Assembly (NCBI GenBank): GCA_051531975.1
Contig: JAOPTT010000007.1
Span: forward strand, 88,985 to 152,984
Origin: Spirochaetaceae bacterium
Lineage (GTDB): Bacteria > Spirochaetota > Spirochaetia > DSM-2461
Direction: 5' to 3'
DNA length: 64,000 nucleotides
How positions within the stretch are numbered: position 1 is the first letter of the stretch; each line of letters opens with the position of its first letter. The position numbers and the translations under genes were made by a program. Below the pieces are notes generated by a model. That model searched no databases. It was not told the origin of the DNA and saw nothing but the letters and a program-made list of their open reading frames with translations. Positions 28,712 to 38,551 of this stretch are shown in pieces.

Positions 28712-29726
28712 TTGTTATATCCTTTAATTTTATTGCTGTATTTATTGGGTCATCGGCATCGAGTTTTACAACAGTACGTAACTCCTCGGACCGTCTTGCT
28801 AACCCTTTAGTATATGACTTATCGTAGTAGGGAAGTATTAAGATTGCAGCTTCCTTATACTGATTATTATTTACGTATTCTACAATTGCTGTAAATCTCT
28901 CTGAAAGTCTCTTTTTTAATATTTCTAAAGATTCTAAAATTGTTTCATTTCCGTAGGCTGTATAGTCTATTGCTAAACGTTCTGCTCTTATCTCTCTAGA
29001 TAGTTCAATTACAAATCTCTTTGATGTTTCCATTCTTTTAAATATAGGAGGAGGAACTAGTACCTTGCCAACATTTCGACTTTCATCCTCAATCCATATA
29101 GGTATAGACAGATCAAAACCCATCATTTTATTAAATATACTGTTTTCATACTTCTCGGTGGATGTTTCTGGGTTTTTACCAATACCACCAAAAGCGGAAC
29201 CTCTATGGTCTGCAAAACCTTCTAAATCGATTACCTGCATACCAATTTTTTCCATTTCTAATAAAATATCTGTTTTACCACTACCTGTCATACCAGATAG
29301 TACATGCAAAGTATAATTTTTCTCAAAAAAGCTCTGGGCATAATTTCTAAATGCTTTATATCCCTTTTCTAATCTGTATACTTTTTTAAAACCTGCAGTG
29401 TCTAATAACCAGCTAAAACTACCACTTCGCATACCACCACGGGCACAGTAGACTTTTATCTCCCCATTGCTATTGAGCTTTTTACACTCTTTTACAAAGG
29501 TTGCAAGTTTTGGACCTACTAATTCTAAGCCAAGTTCAACTGCATTATCATGACCCTCTTCTTTGTAACAAAGACCAACTGAAGCTCTCTCTATATCAGT
29601 AAAAAGTGGAATGTTTATGGCCCCAGGGATATGCCCTTTGTTATACTCAATTGGAGCTCTAACATCAATTATTGGAAGTTCTTGGTTGTTGTTTAAAAAG
29701 TCATCTACTTTAATAATTTCAGTCAT
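28704..29726 (-). CDS. mnmH: tRNA 2-selenouridine synthase
   Basis: Rhodanese IDVRAP..GHIPGA, YCARGGMRS, P-loop GMTGSGKT, HRGSAFG, EDES; adjacent to selD. Confidence 0.95.
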   Translation of the reverse strand: MTEIIKVDDFLNNNQELPIIDVRAPIEYNKGHIPGAINIPLFTDIERASVGLCYKEEGHDNAVELGLELVGPKLATFVKECKKLNSNGEIKVYCARGGMRSGSFSWLLDTAGFKKVYRLEKGYKAFRNYAQSFFEKNYTLHVLSGMTGSGKTDILLEMEKIGMQVIDLEGFADHRGSAFGGIGKNPETSTEKYENSIFNKMMGFDLSIPIWIEDESRNVGKVLVPPPIFKRMETSKRFVIELSREIRAERLAIDYTAYGNETILESLEILKKRLSERFTAIVEYVNNNQYKEAAILILPYYDKSYTKGLARRSEELRTVVKLDADDPINTAIKLKDITNG

Positions 29727-29782
29727 TTTTTCACCTTTTTGATATAGTAGCATATTTGTAGTATTATTAGAAACATGGGGAC

Positions 29783-30850
29783 ATGAACTACATGAGAAAC
29801 TTTGTAAACGAAACAGCAGTTAAAAAATTAGCAGACAAGATCTATATAAACTATCCAGAACTTGACCAAGATTCTTTTTGCAATAAGATAATACCTAATT
29901 TAGACCCTTTAGGACTTTTTGAGAGATTGGATCTAGTTACTAAAGAGTTACATAATTTTCTTCCTTCTGATTTTAAAACAACATTAAATATAATAACAAA
30001 ATCTGTAACCGATGGCTTTCTTGTCTGTTCATTATCAAATTACATATCAACTTATGGTATAGAATATTTTGATATTTCAATGAACGCTTTAAAAGAGATG
30101 ACAAAAGTATTTTCCAGCGAGTTTGCAATTAGACACTTTATTATTAGATATCCAGACGAATCTATAAAATTGTTTAAATCATGGGCCTTAGATGAAAATG
30201 AACATGTAAGAAGATTAGTCTCTGAGGGGTTAAGACCTAGGCTGCCATGGGGAATTAGATTACATCAGTATGTAGAGAATCCAGAACCAATTATAGAGTT
30301 TTTAAATATATTAAGAGATGATAAAGAGTTATATGTAAGGCGATCTGTTGCTAATAATATAAATGATATTGCTAAAGATCACCCCAAAGTTGTAATTGAT
30401 ACACTAAAAAAATGGGATAAAACAGAACATAGTGATTGGGTAATTAGACACTCTCTACGAACATTAGTTAAGCAGGGTAATTTAGATGCCTTAGAAATTT
30501 TAGGTTATAGTAAAGATCCTAAAGTCCAGATAAGTTCCACCCAGTTTAGTAAAGATGTGATTTTAGGTGGGTATTTAGAGTTCTCATTTAAACTTAAATC
30601 ATTAGCAAAAAAAGATCAAAAATTAGTTATAGATTATATTGTTTATCATCAGAAAGCGAATGGGAAAAAGAGTCCAAAAGTATTTAAACTTAAAAACTTA
30701 ATATTAAAAGCTGGAAGTGATTTAGTCATAAAAAAACGGCATGGTATAAAAGAGATTTCAACACGTAAATATTATACTGGTGAACACTCTTTGGAAGTTA
30801 AAATTAATGGAAAGGAGACACCCTTTGGAGAGTTTAACCTACAGGTTTGA
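29783..30850 (+). CDS. DNA alkylation repair protein (AlkC-like HEAT repeat)
   Basis: SSEFAIR, HVRRLVSEGLRPRLPW, YVRRSVANNINDIAKDHP, TRKYYTGEH. Confidence 0.88.
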   Translation: MNYMRNFVNETAVKKLADKIYINYPELDQDSFCNKIIPNLDPLGLFERLDLVTKELHNFLPSDFKTTLNIITKSVTDGFLVCSLSNYISTYGIEYFDISMNALKEMTKVFSSEFAIRHFIIRYPDESIKLFKSWALDENEHVRRLVSEGLRPRLPWGIRLHQYVENPEPIIEFLNILRDDKELYVRRSVANNINDIAKDHPKVVIDTLKKWDKTEHSDWVIRHSLRTLVKQGNLDALEILGYSKDPKVQISSTQFSKDVILGGYLEFSFKLKSLAKKDQKLVIDYIVYHQKANGKKSPKVFKLKNLILKAGSDLVIKKRHGIKEISTRKYYTGEHSLEVKINGKETPFGEFNLQV

Positions 30851-31277
30851 ACCGATAACCTATGCAGATGTTTTAGTTATGGAAAGATGGAGATATAAAG
30901 GCTTTGAACCAGCAATTTATATGGATCGATACCATGAAAGCAAGGACAGGGGAGATTCTCCTATAAAAGGTCCAAGAGGTTGTATCGGTTATACAGTTTA
31001 TAATACTGAAAATATTATGTTTGGATTAATGGAGTATTATTTTGAAGATGATGGAGTGTATCTAGGTCTTGCTATTAACCCTGAGTTTATAGGGAAAGGT
31101 CTTTCTCAGAATTTTATATTTGAAGGAATTGAATTTCTTAAAAGTAACTATAACTTAAATAAACAGATCAAAATCGAAGTTCATAGGCGCAACATTCAGG
31201 CTATAAAAGCATATGAGAAGTGTGGATTTAAGTTTGTAAAACGAGATGAAGAAATCTTGTTATATTTGTGTCCATGA
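30825..31277 (+). CDS. GNAT acetyltransferase
   Basis: GLAINPEFIGKGL, NIQAIKAYEKCGF; AAGGAG SD before TTG 30825. Confidence 0.85.
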   Translation: MESLTYRFEPITYADVLVMERWRYKGFEPAIYMDRYHESKDRGDSPIKGPRGCIGYTVYNTENIMFGLMEYYFEDDGVYLGLAINPEFIGKGLSQNFIFEGIEFLKSNYNLNKQIKIEVHRRNIQAIKAYEKCGFKFVKRDEEILLYLCP

Positions 31278-31309
31278 ATTAATATAAAATTTATATCTAT
31301 TTAGTACGT

Positions 31310-32311
31310 ATGAACAATATAAGAAAGATAGTCAGTTTTGACTGGGCTATAAAGAACATACTACGGGAAAAATCTAACTTTAATATTTTAGAGGGCTTCT
31401 TGTTTGCTCTATTGAAACAAAAGATAAAAATTGTAAGTCTTTTAGATTCTGAATCAAATCAATCTGTAAAAACAATGAAGTATAACCGAGTCGATCTTAT
31501 TGCAGAAAATGATGATGGTGAGCATATTATTATAGAAGTGCAATATGCCCCAGAGAAAAATTATTTCAAAAGGCTGCTATTTGGAACTTGTAAAGATATT
31601 GTTGATAATATTAGTAATGGTGAGGATTATAGTTATATAAAAAAAGTCTATTCGATAAGTTTAATATATTTTGATATAGAGGATCATTTTTTTCATATTT
31701 CTTCTACAGATTATGTATATCATGGTGTCTTGAATTTCACTGGATATCATAATAGTAATGATGTGAACATAGACAGCAGGTTGTTAGTTGGGTACAATAA
31801 TAATAGGGAGAAGATAAATATTTTCCCCGAGTATTTTATACTATCAATGAAAGTATTTGATAATAAGGTAAAAGATCTACTAGATGAGTGGATTTATTCT
31901 TTTAAAAACAGTGAAGTAAAGATGAACTTTGCAGCCCCAGGAATAAAAGATATGAGTGATAAGTTAAATTATATGGATATGAACCCTCAGGAACAACGAA
32001 AATATGATAGGTATTTAATGGACTTAGCATCTGAACGTGCAGTTCTTGCATTTAGTTCTGAATTTGGGCATGAAGAAGGACGCAAGGAAGGACGCAAGGA
32101 AGGACGCAAGGAAGGACGCAAGGAAGGACTAGAAGAAGGTCTAGAGCAAGGATTATTAGAAGGTCAGAATAAAGAAAAATTGAAGCAAGAGAAGCTTAGA
32201 ATAGATGAAAAAATATTAAACGTAAAAGATATGCTTGCTGATGGGTTAACTATAGAGCAAGCATCTAAATTTTCTGGTTTAACAATTAAAGAAGTTGAAA
32301 ATATAAACTAA
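31310..32311 (+). CDS. Rpn-family PD-(D/E)XK nuclease (annotated putative transposase)
   Basis: SFDWAIK, RVDL, IIIEVQ, VYSISL, LDEWIY, C-terminal EGRK repeats and HTH-like tail. Confidence 0.9.
   Translation: MNNIRKIVSFDWAIKNILREKSNFNILEGFLFALLKQKIKIVSLLDSESNQSVKTMKYNRVDLIAENDDGEHIIIEVQYAPEKNYFKRLLFGTCKDIVDNISNGEDYSYIKKVYSISLIYFDIEDHFFHISSTDYVYHGVLNFTGYHNSNDVNIDSRLLVGYNNNREKINIFPEYFILSMKVFDNKVKDLLDEWIYSFKNSEVKMNFAAPGIKDMSDKLNYMDMNPQEQRKYDRYLMDLASERAVLAFSSEFGHEEGRKEGRKEGRKEGRKEGLEEGLEQGLLEGQNKEKLKQEKLRIDEKILNVKDMLADGLTIEQASKFSGLTIKEVENIN
32075..32128 (+). repeat. 12-bp coding tandem repeat (GAAGGACGCAAG)x4.5
   Basis: Perfect copies encoding EGRK. Confidence 0.95.
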
Positions 32312-32925
32312 GGGTTGTGAACAAAGTCCTTACTGTTACCAAGTAGAATTGATTCTATTACGTGGGTATGTTTTAGCCCTTTAAAATCCACCTTCCAAAT
32401 CTCTCCATTGTTGGGAAAAGCATGAGGGTATATAGGTAACGTTTTTTCTAATACAGCCTTAATTAATCTAAATGAAACAGCATGGGTAACAATTAAAATA
32501 TTTTTATCAGAAGTATCTAAAGAATTAAAAAAGTCAGTGATTCTATCTGCTATCATAGAGTAGGACTCTCCATCACCTTCTGGTATCCAGTCCCATCTTT
32601 TTAATGATTCTGTATTGTATGTTGGTTCTTCTTTTACTTGGTCGTATGTCATCCCAGAAAAAATACCTAGATCTTGTTCTGTAATTCTTTCATCTGTAAT
32701 TGGTTTTAAATTATATATCTTAGAAAAAGATTCAGCTGTTTCTACAGCTCGAACTAGAGGGGATGTTATAATTTCATCTATATTTATTTTATCTTTTAAC
32801 TGTGCCGCTATTAAATCGGCATCTTCTTTTCCAGCTTTTGTTAAAGGAAATGGAAGTCTACTAGCCATAATTCTGCTTTTATTTGCTTCACTTTCTGCAT
32901 GTCGTATAAGGTATAATGTACTCAC
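32308..32925 (-). CDS. Histidine phosphatase family protein
   Basis: LIRHAES, SPLVRAVETA, EQDLG, GES, VTHA. Confidence 0.9.
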   Translation of the reverse strand: MSTLYLIRHAESEANKSRIMASRLPFPLTKAGKEDADLIAAQLKDKINIDEIITSPLVRAVETAESFSKIYNLKPITDERITEQDLGIFSGMTYDQVKEEPTYNTESLKRWDWIPEGDGESYSMIADRITDFFNSLDTSDKNILIVTHAVSFRLIKAVLEKTLPIYPHAFPNNGEIWKVDFKGLKHTHVIESILLGNSKDFVHNP

Positions 32926-33989
32926 TAAGTTCTCCTAAATATAAAATCAGCATCAACAACATAAGATTTTTTGATGTTATTTTCAACAATGGCCGTTATA
33001 GCTTCTACTGCTTTGACACCGATCTCTTCAAGATTTTGAGAAATTGTTGTTATTGGGAAATAGGATGTAGTTTTATCCACCATATCTCCATAACCTATGA
33101 CACGAACCTCTTTTCCAACTAAAATCCCCATCTCTGTTAGAGCTCCAATAGCACCAATAGCCTCATAGTCGTTGGCACAAAATATACAGTCTACAAATCC
33201 GTTTTCAAAGAATTCCTTAACTACCGTGTAGCCACTTATGGCATCAAAGTCACTGGCTCTAAAATAAGCTTCCCGCTCTACTAGCCAATTTTTATTATCT
33301 ATTATATTGTAGAAACCTTTCATTTTTTCAATAACATTGTACTGATAATCTCTTCCTTTTAAAATTAATAATGAATTAATTACTGTGGTTTCGTTCATGT
33401 TGTTAAATGCATTTTCTATAGAAGCCCCATAGTTATTTAAAATAGCTGAAGCACCTTCAAGTTCCCACTCTATAGTAACAAAAGGTATAGACTTGGCTAC
33501 ATCTAGGCATACCTTTTTAACCTCACCTACTGCTTCTTCAATAAATATTACAGCGGCTCCCTCATCTTTTGCTTTATAAAGGCTGTCGATAGTATTTTGG
33601 TTCCAATTTAGCTTATCTGTATTTAATGAGTTAAGTATTATCTCGTATCCCATCTTCGTTGCATATTCAGTTAGGCCAGACAGTATCTTCATAAAGAAAG
33701 ATAGGGATGATGATGGTAAAAAGACATATACTCGATTACTAAATGAGTTTTTTAACTCAGATACAAAGTTTCCCTTACCAGATGCAGAATAAATTAGTCC
33801 CTCCCCCTGAAGAAGGCTAAATGCTTTTTGAGCAGTGGTTAATGATACCCCAGTTCTTTTCACAATTTCTCTTACAGAAGGAAGAAGTGTTCCTTCAGGA
33901 TATACCCCTTTAGAAATACCTGACCTTAGTTGATCAGCTATCTGTTTAAAGGGATGCGTATCTATATTGTTATCAATTACTATTTCCAT
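32925..33989 (-). CDS. GntR HTH + LacI-type sugar-binding regulator
   Basis: LLPSVRE...GKGNFV N-terminus; IFCANDYEAIG, VIGYGD, ITTISQ C-terminus. Confidence 0.9.
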   Translation of the reverse strand: MEIVIDNNIDTHPFKQIADQLRSGISKGVYPEGTLLPSVREIVKRTGVSLTTAQKAFSLLQGEGLIYSASGKGNFVSELKNSFSNRVYVFLPSSSLSFFMKILSGLTEYATKMGYEIILNSLNTDKLNWNQNTIDSLYKAKDEGAAVIFIEEAVGEVKKVCLDVAKSIPFVTIEWELEGASAILNNYGASIENAFNNMNETTVINSLLILKGRDYQYNVIEKMKGFYNIIDNKNWLVEREAYFRASDFDAISGYTVVKEFFENGFVDCIFCANDYEAIGAIGALTEMGILVGKEVRVIGYGDMVDKTTSYFPITTISQNLEEIGVKAVEAITAIVENNIKKSYVVDADFIFRRT

Positions 33990-34030
33990 ATCACGCTATT
34001 ATATATATATGGGAGAGGTAATGTCAAACT

Positions 34031-34129
34031 CTGTACTATAACAGTTGATTTTTTTAGTGAAAAGTAGGAATTGTTTGTTTTTTTGCCTAAAATAAGTTGA
34101 CTATCTGTTATTATAGTGTACTATGACAC
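34031..34129. promoter_or_regulatory. Putative GntR operators in divergent promoter region
   Basis: CTGTACTATAACAG (34031-34044) and GTGTACTATGACAC (34116-34129); the second overlaps TTGACT-N16-TACTAT. Confidence 0.65.
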
Positions 34130-34144
34130 TTAGAGAGGAAAACT

Positions 34145-35659
34145 ATGGAAGACTATATCTTAGCTTTTGATTTTGGTACAACAAGTTTAAAGACAGTATT
34201 ATTTAATAAAAAGTTAGAAATTAAGGCGTCTGCATCTAAGGATTATCCAACAATTTATCCTCAGGCAGACTGGGCAGAACATGATCCTGAAAATTGGTGG
34301 AAGGCTCTTATAGAGACTACAGACTCTGTTGTTCATGAGGCAGGAATAAATCCAGCCGAGGTAAAAGTTATCTCTATAGATGCTATGACACCAGTAGTAG
34401 TCGCAGTTGATTCAGATGGAAATGCACTAAGACCAGCTATTATTTGGATGGATAGAAGATCATCTAAACAGTGTGAAGAGATAGATGAATCTTTAGGAGA
34501 CACTCTATTCAAGATAAATGGTAATCATAATGATCCATCTAATTTTGCCCCAAAGGTGATGTGGATTCGGGATAATGAACCAGAAATATATGAAAAAACA
34601 GATAAGTTTTTATATGCTAGCTCATATCTAGTTAGTCGATTAACTGGAAAAATGGTTGTAGATAAAACCCAGTGTGGTTTAAGTCAGCTTTGTGATACTA
34701 AACATAGTACTTGGAGCGATGAACTAATTTCTGGCTGTGGTTTAAAAAGGGAACACTTTCCTGAAATTGTTAACAGTACTGATATTGTAGGTAATTTAAC
34801 AACAAACTCTGCTGCCATTCTTGGTTTAACAGAGGGAACTTCTGTCATTGCAGGTGCTATGGATAACGTTGCTGCCGGTTTAGGGACTGGAGTATATGAC
34901 GATGGGCAGGTTTATATCTCTGCAGGTACTGCCTCTAATGGATGTGTATGTACTGACACTCCTCTGTATCACGGATCTCTACATGTTTATCATCATATTG
35001 TTCCAGACAGATGGTTATCTGTTGCTGGTGTCGATTATGGTGGTGCAGGTCTTAAATGGTTCAATAATTTACTAGGAGACATATCTATTCAGGAACTTGT
35101 AGACCAGGTTCAAGTAAAAAAGAAATTAACATCACTTATATATCTTCCATATATGGTAGGCCAGAGAGCGCCCCTTTGGAACACCTCCACCAGAGGGGTT
35201 ATGTTTGGCCTTGATCCATCGGTTGATAGAGCAGATTTAGCAAACATGTTTATGGAAGGGAACGCCCTTGGAGTAAAAGTAATTTTCGACATTGTTGAAG
35301 CTTTAGGTGTTGATATTAAAGACGTGAAGTTAACAGGTGGTTGTTCTGTAAGTTCAGTTTATTCACAAATATTTTCTGATGTTACTGGTAAAGCTGTACA
35401 AGTTGCAGGAGAAACTGATGTTGCCTCTTTAGGTATGGCAATGGCTGGAGCATATGCAATGGGTTATTACAAAACATTTGAAGAGATGACAGCAATAGTT
35501 AAGACCAGAGCAACATACACTCCTGATCCAGTTGAAGTTGAATATTACCAGGATATGTTTGTGTTATTTAAAAAACTATACACAGGTATAGAAAAACAAT
35601 ATGACATGTTAAACGAAATTAGAGATAAATATAAAAACAGAAAGGAGATATCGAAATGA
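34145..35659 (+). CDS. FGGY carbohydrate kinase (xylulokinase-like)
   Basis: FDFGTTSLK, EHDPENWW, IIWMDRR, YLPYMVGQRAP, TGG. Confidence 0.92.
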   Translation: MEDYILAFDFGTTSLKTVLFNKKLEIKASASKDYPTIYPQADWAEHDPENWWKALIETTDSVVHEAGINPAEVKVISIDAMTPVVVAVDSDGNALRPAIIWMDRRSSKQCEEIDESLGDTLFKINGNHNDPSNFAPKVMWIRDNEPEIYEKTDKFLYASSYLVSRLTGKMVVDKTQCGLSQLCDTKHSTWSDELISGCGLKREHFPEIVNSTDIVGNLTTNSAAILGLTEGTSVIAGAMDNVAAGLGTGVYDDGQVYISAGTASNGCVCTDTPLYHGSLHVYHHIVPDRWLSVAGVDYGGAGLKWFNNLLGDISIQELVDQVQVKKKLTSLIYLPYMVGQRAPLWNTSTRGVMFGLDPSVDRADLANMFMEGNALGVKVIFDIVEALGVDIKDVKLTGGCSVSSVYSQIFSDVTGKAVQVAGETDVASLGMAMAGAYAMGYYKTFEEMTAIVKTRATYTPDPVEVEYYQDMFVLFKKLYTGIEKQYDMLNEIRDKYKNRKEISK

Positions 35660-36690
35660 TAGCTGCATTAAGAGATGGAATGAAAAACGTAATAGCTGTA
35701 GAAAGGGATATTCCTGAAATAGCTAAACACGAGGTACTAATTAAAGTTGCCTACGTTGGAGTTTGTGGATCAGATATACACAGAGTTGAAGAGGATCTAC
35801 CTAAATGGGATACCATAGTTTTAGGTCATGAGTTTTCTGGAACTATTTCTAAAATAGGAGCCGATGTTGAAGGATTTGCTTTAGGTCAGAAAGTATCTGC
35901 AGCACCATTAGACCCTTGTCATAAATGTGACGCTTGTTTAGAGGGAAACTTCTCGTTATGTAAAGGTTATACATTTATTGGTTCAAGAAAAGATGGGGCA
36001 TTTGCAGAATATGTAGTTTTCCCTGCAAAAAACTTAGTTCCATTAAGCGATGATTTTCCTTTAAAAAAAGGTGCATTGATTGAGCCTATAACTGTATGTC
36101 TTCACCCAATGTTAAGACTTGGGAACATACTTGGTTCAACTGTTGCAGTAACAGGTTTAGGTGGAATTGGTCTATTAGCAGTACAGATTTTTAAAGCATT
36201 AGGTGCTAAAAATATTATAGTAAGTGATGTTGTAGACGAAAAAATAGCTCTAGCCTTAAAACTTGGAGCTACCCATGGTGTTAATGTATTAAAAGAGGAC
36301 TTAGCTGAAGTTGCATCTAGTTTAGGTGGAGCAGAAGTTGTTTTTGAGGCATCTGGTTCTCTTCCAGGTAAAAAATCTGCAATTACAATAGCAAAAGGGC
36401 GAGGTAAAATCCTTTTAGTTGGAACTAATCCGTCCCAGGAAGTTGTAATGGACGGACTACTATTTGAACTTATTTCAAGAAAAGAGTTAGAACTTATCGG
36501 ATCTTGGATGAATTATTCATCTCCATGGCCAGGTAAAGAGTGGTCAATTGCTGCTTGGATGCTTGAAACTGGAATGATCCAGACAGATGACATAATTACC
36601 CATAACTATAAATTAAAAGATGTTAATACAGCATTTAATGCTATTTATGATCCAAATGAACCAACTATTAAAGTTGTACTTGAAGCCTAG
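35656..36690 (+). CDS. Zn-dependent polyol dehydrogenase (galactitol-1-P dehydrogenase-like)
   Basis: GVCGSD, GHEFSG, CHKCDACLEG..LC, GLGGIG, GSWMNYSSPWPGKEW. Confidence 0.88.
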   Translation: MIAALRDGMKNVIAVERDIPEIAKHEVLIKVAYVGVCGSDIHRVEEDLPKWDTIVLGHEFSGTISKIGADVEGFALGQKVSAAPLDPCHKCDACLEGNFSLCKGYTFIGSRKDGAFAEYVVFPAKNLVPLSDDFPLKKGALIEPITVCLHPMLRLGNILGSTVAVTGLGGIGLLAVQIFKALGAKNIIVSDVVDEKIALALKLGATHGVNVLKEDLAEVASSLGGAEVVFEASGSLPGKKSAITIAKGRGKILLVGTNPSQEVVMDGLLFELISRKELELIGSWMNYSSPWPGKEWSIAAWMLETGMIQTDDIITHNYKLKDVNTAFNAIYDPNEPTIKVVLEA

Positions 36691-36696
36691 GGAGAA

Positions 36697-38055
36697 ATGA
36701 TGAGCGCAAGAGATAAATTTATAAACCTTTTAAAAGGAAACAAAGATGGGAAAGGAACTGGGATACATTCTATTTGTTCTGCCCATTACTATGTAATCAA
36801 AGCAAGTATGATTCAGGCTAAACAGGATAGTTCAATTGTACTAATTGAGTCTACTTCAAACCAGGTTGATCAAAATGGTGGGTATACAGGTATGACTCCT
36901 AGTCAATTTGTTTCTTATGTAAATGACATTGCAGATAGCATAGAATTTCCAATAGAAAATATTCTACTTGGTGGTGACCATTTAGGACCAAATGCATGGC
37001 AAAAACTTAATGCAAAAGAGGCTATGGAGAATTCACATATATTAGTTCAGGAGTATGTAAAAGCTGGTTATTTAAAAATACATTTAGATGCAAGTATGTT
37101 TTTAGCTGACGATGAGGGAGATAGACATAAAGCACTATCCGAAGACATTGTAGCTTCTAGAGCTGCAGCACTTTGTAAAACAGCTGAAGAGACTTGGGCA
37201 AAATATAGATCTGACTGTCAAAAACCTGTTTATGTAATTGGAACAGAAGTTCCAATACCAGGTGGAGCACAGGAAGAGGAAGATAGTGTTGAATGTACAA
37301 CAGCAGATGATGCTCATAAAACAATTGCAGTTACTAAAGAGGCATTTTTAAATGCTGGATTAGAGGATGCATGGGATAGAGTTTGGGGAGTTGTTGTTCA
37401 ACCTGGTGTAGAGTTTGGTGATGATCAAGTATTTGACTACAACAGAGATGCTGCCGGAAAACTTATTAAATCAATAGATGATTATAGTGGTTTAGTATTT
37501 GAAGCACATTCTACAGATTATCAGACAGAAGAGGGCTTAACTAAATTAGTTGAAGATCACTTTTGTATTTTAAAAGTAGGGCCATGGTTAACATATGCAT
37601 ATAGAGAAGCTCTATTTGCGTTAGATCAGATTGAGAAAGAGCTGTTTTCAGATAGAACTTCTGAACTTTCTATGTTAAGAGAGACTTTAGATAGTGTAAT
37701 GGTAAAAAAGCCGGGCTATTGGGAAAAATATTACCCAGGAACTGATGCTGAAAAAACATATAAAAGAAAATTTAGTTTTTCTGATAGAAGTAGATATTAT
37801 TGGCCAGATGCTGAAATTGATGCTGCTAAAAACAAACTGTTTAAAAACTTAGAGAAGGAAGCTGTTTCGCTTTCGCTTTTAAGTCAATATATGCCAAACC
37901 AATATTTAGCTGTAAGAGCAGGTGAAATAAAAGCGACACCTGAAGATTTAGTACTTAACAGAATTAAAGATGTTTTAGGCATATATGCAAGATCATGTAA
38001 ATTAGAAGGCTGGTCGAAACAATGTGCTAGCCTAAGCAACCAAGGAGTTAATTAA
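36697..38055 (+). CDS. gatZ: GatZ/KbaZ-family protein (tagatose-6-phosphate 4-epimerase-like)
   Basis: SICSAH, ESTSNQVDQNGGYTGM, GGDHLGP, KIHLDAS, GTEVPIPGGA, EAHSTDYQ, SDRSRYYW. Confidence 0.9.
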   Translation: MMSARDKFINLLKGNKDGKGTGIHSICSAHYYVIKASMIQAKQDSSIVLIESTSNQVDQNGGYTGMTPSQFVSYVNDIADSIEFPIENILLGGDHLGPNAWQKLNAKEAMENSHILVQEYVKAGYLKIHLDASMFLADDEGDRHKALSEDIVASRAAALCKTAEETWAKYRSDCQKPVYVIGTEVPIPGGAQEEEDSVECTTADDAHKTIAVTKEAFLNAGLEDAWDRVWGVVVQPGVEFGDDQVFDYNRDAAGKLIKSIDDYSGLVFEAHSTDYQTEEGLTKLVEDHFCILKVGPWLTYAYREALFALDQIEKELFSDRTSELSMLRETLDSVMVKKPGYWEKYYPGTDAEKTYKRKFSFSDRSRYYWPDAEIDAAKNKLFKNLEKEAVSLSLLSQYMPNQYLAVRAGEIKATPEDLVLNRIKDVLGIYARSCKLEGWSKQCASLSNQGVN

Positions 38056-38486
38056 TGTTAAGAGGTATTGATCCAGTTATTTCACCAGAGTTATTAGACT
38101 TACTATTTAAAATGGGTCATGGTGATGAAATTGTAATTGCAGATGCATTTTTTCCAGGGGATACATTTGGGAAAAAAGTAGTTAGAGCTGATGGTATTAA
38201 AATACCTGAGTTATTAAAAGGAATTATGCCTTTAATCACTCTTGATCAGTATGTTGATAGTCCATTAATTATGATGGCTGCAACACCAGGAGATGAGTTA
38301 GACCCAGAGGTTGAAGTTTCATATAGAAAACCAATCGATGAAGTTTGGCCTGGAACACCTGCAATTGAGAGAATTGGTAGGTTTGAGTTTTACGAGAGAG
38401 CAGAGAAGGCATTCGCAGTTGTAATGTCTGGAGAGACTGTTAAATATGGAAATATTATTCTAAAAAAAGGTGTGATTAACCGTTAG
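38055..38486 (+). CDS. fucU: FucU/RbsD-family mutarotase
   Basis: SPELL...MGHGDEIVIADA, RFEFYERA, YGNIILKKGV. Confidence 0.85.
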   Translation: MLRGIDPVISPELLDLLFKMGHGDEIVIADAFFPGDTFGKKVVRADGIKIPELLKGIMPLITLDQYVDSPLIMMAATPGDELDPEVEVSYRKPIDEVWPGTPAIERIGRFEFYERAEKAFAVVMSGETVKYGNIILKKGVINR

Positions 38487-38551
38487 TGGTTAATCCAATA
38501 GGCTGGTCGGGATAAAAATCCCTGCTCGCCTGAGCATCCAAGGAGATAAAA

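Noticed and set aside
31310..32311. Insertion sequence around the Rpn 'transposase'
   Set aside because: No terminal inverted repeats or target duplication were seen, and Rpn proteins are not established transposases.
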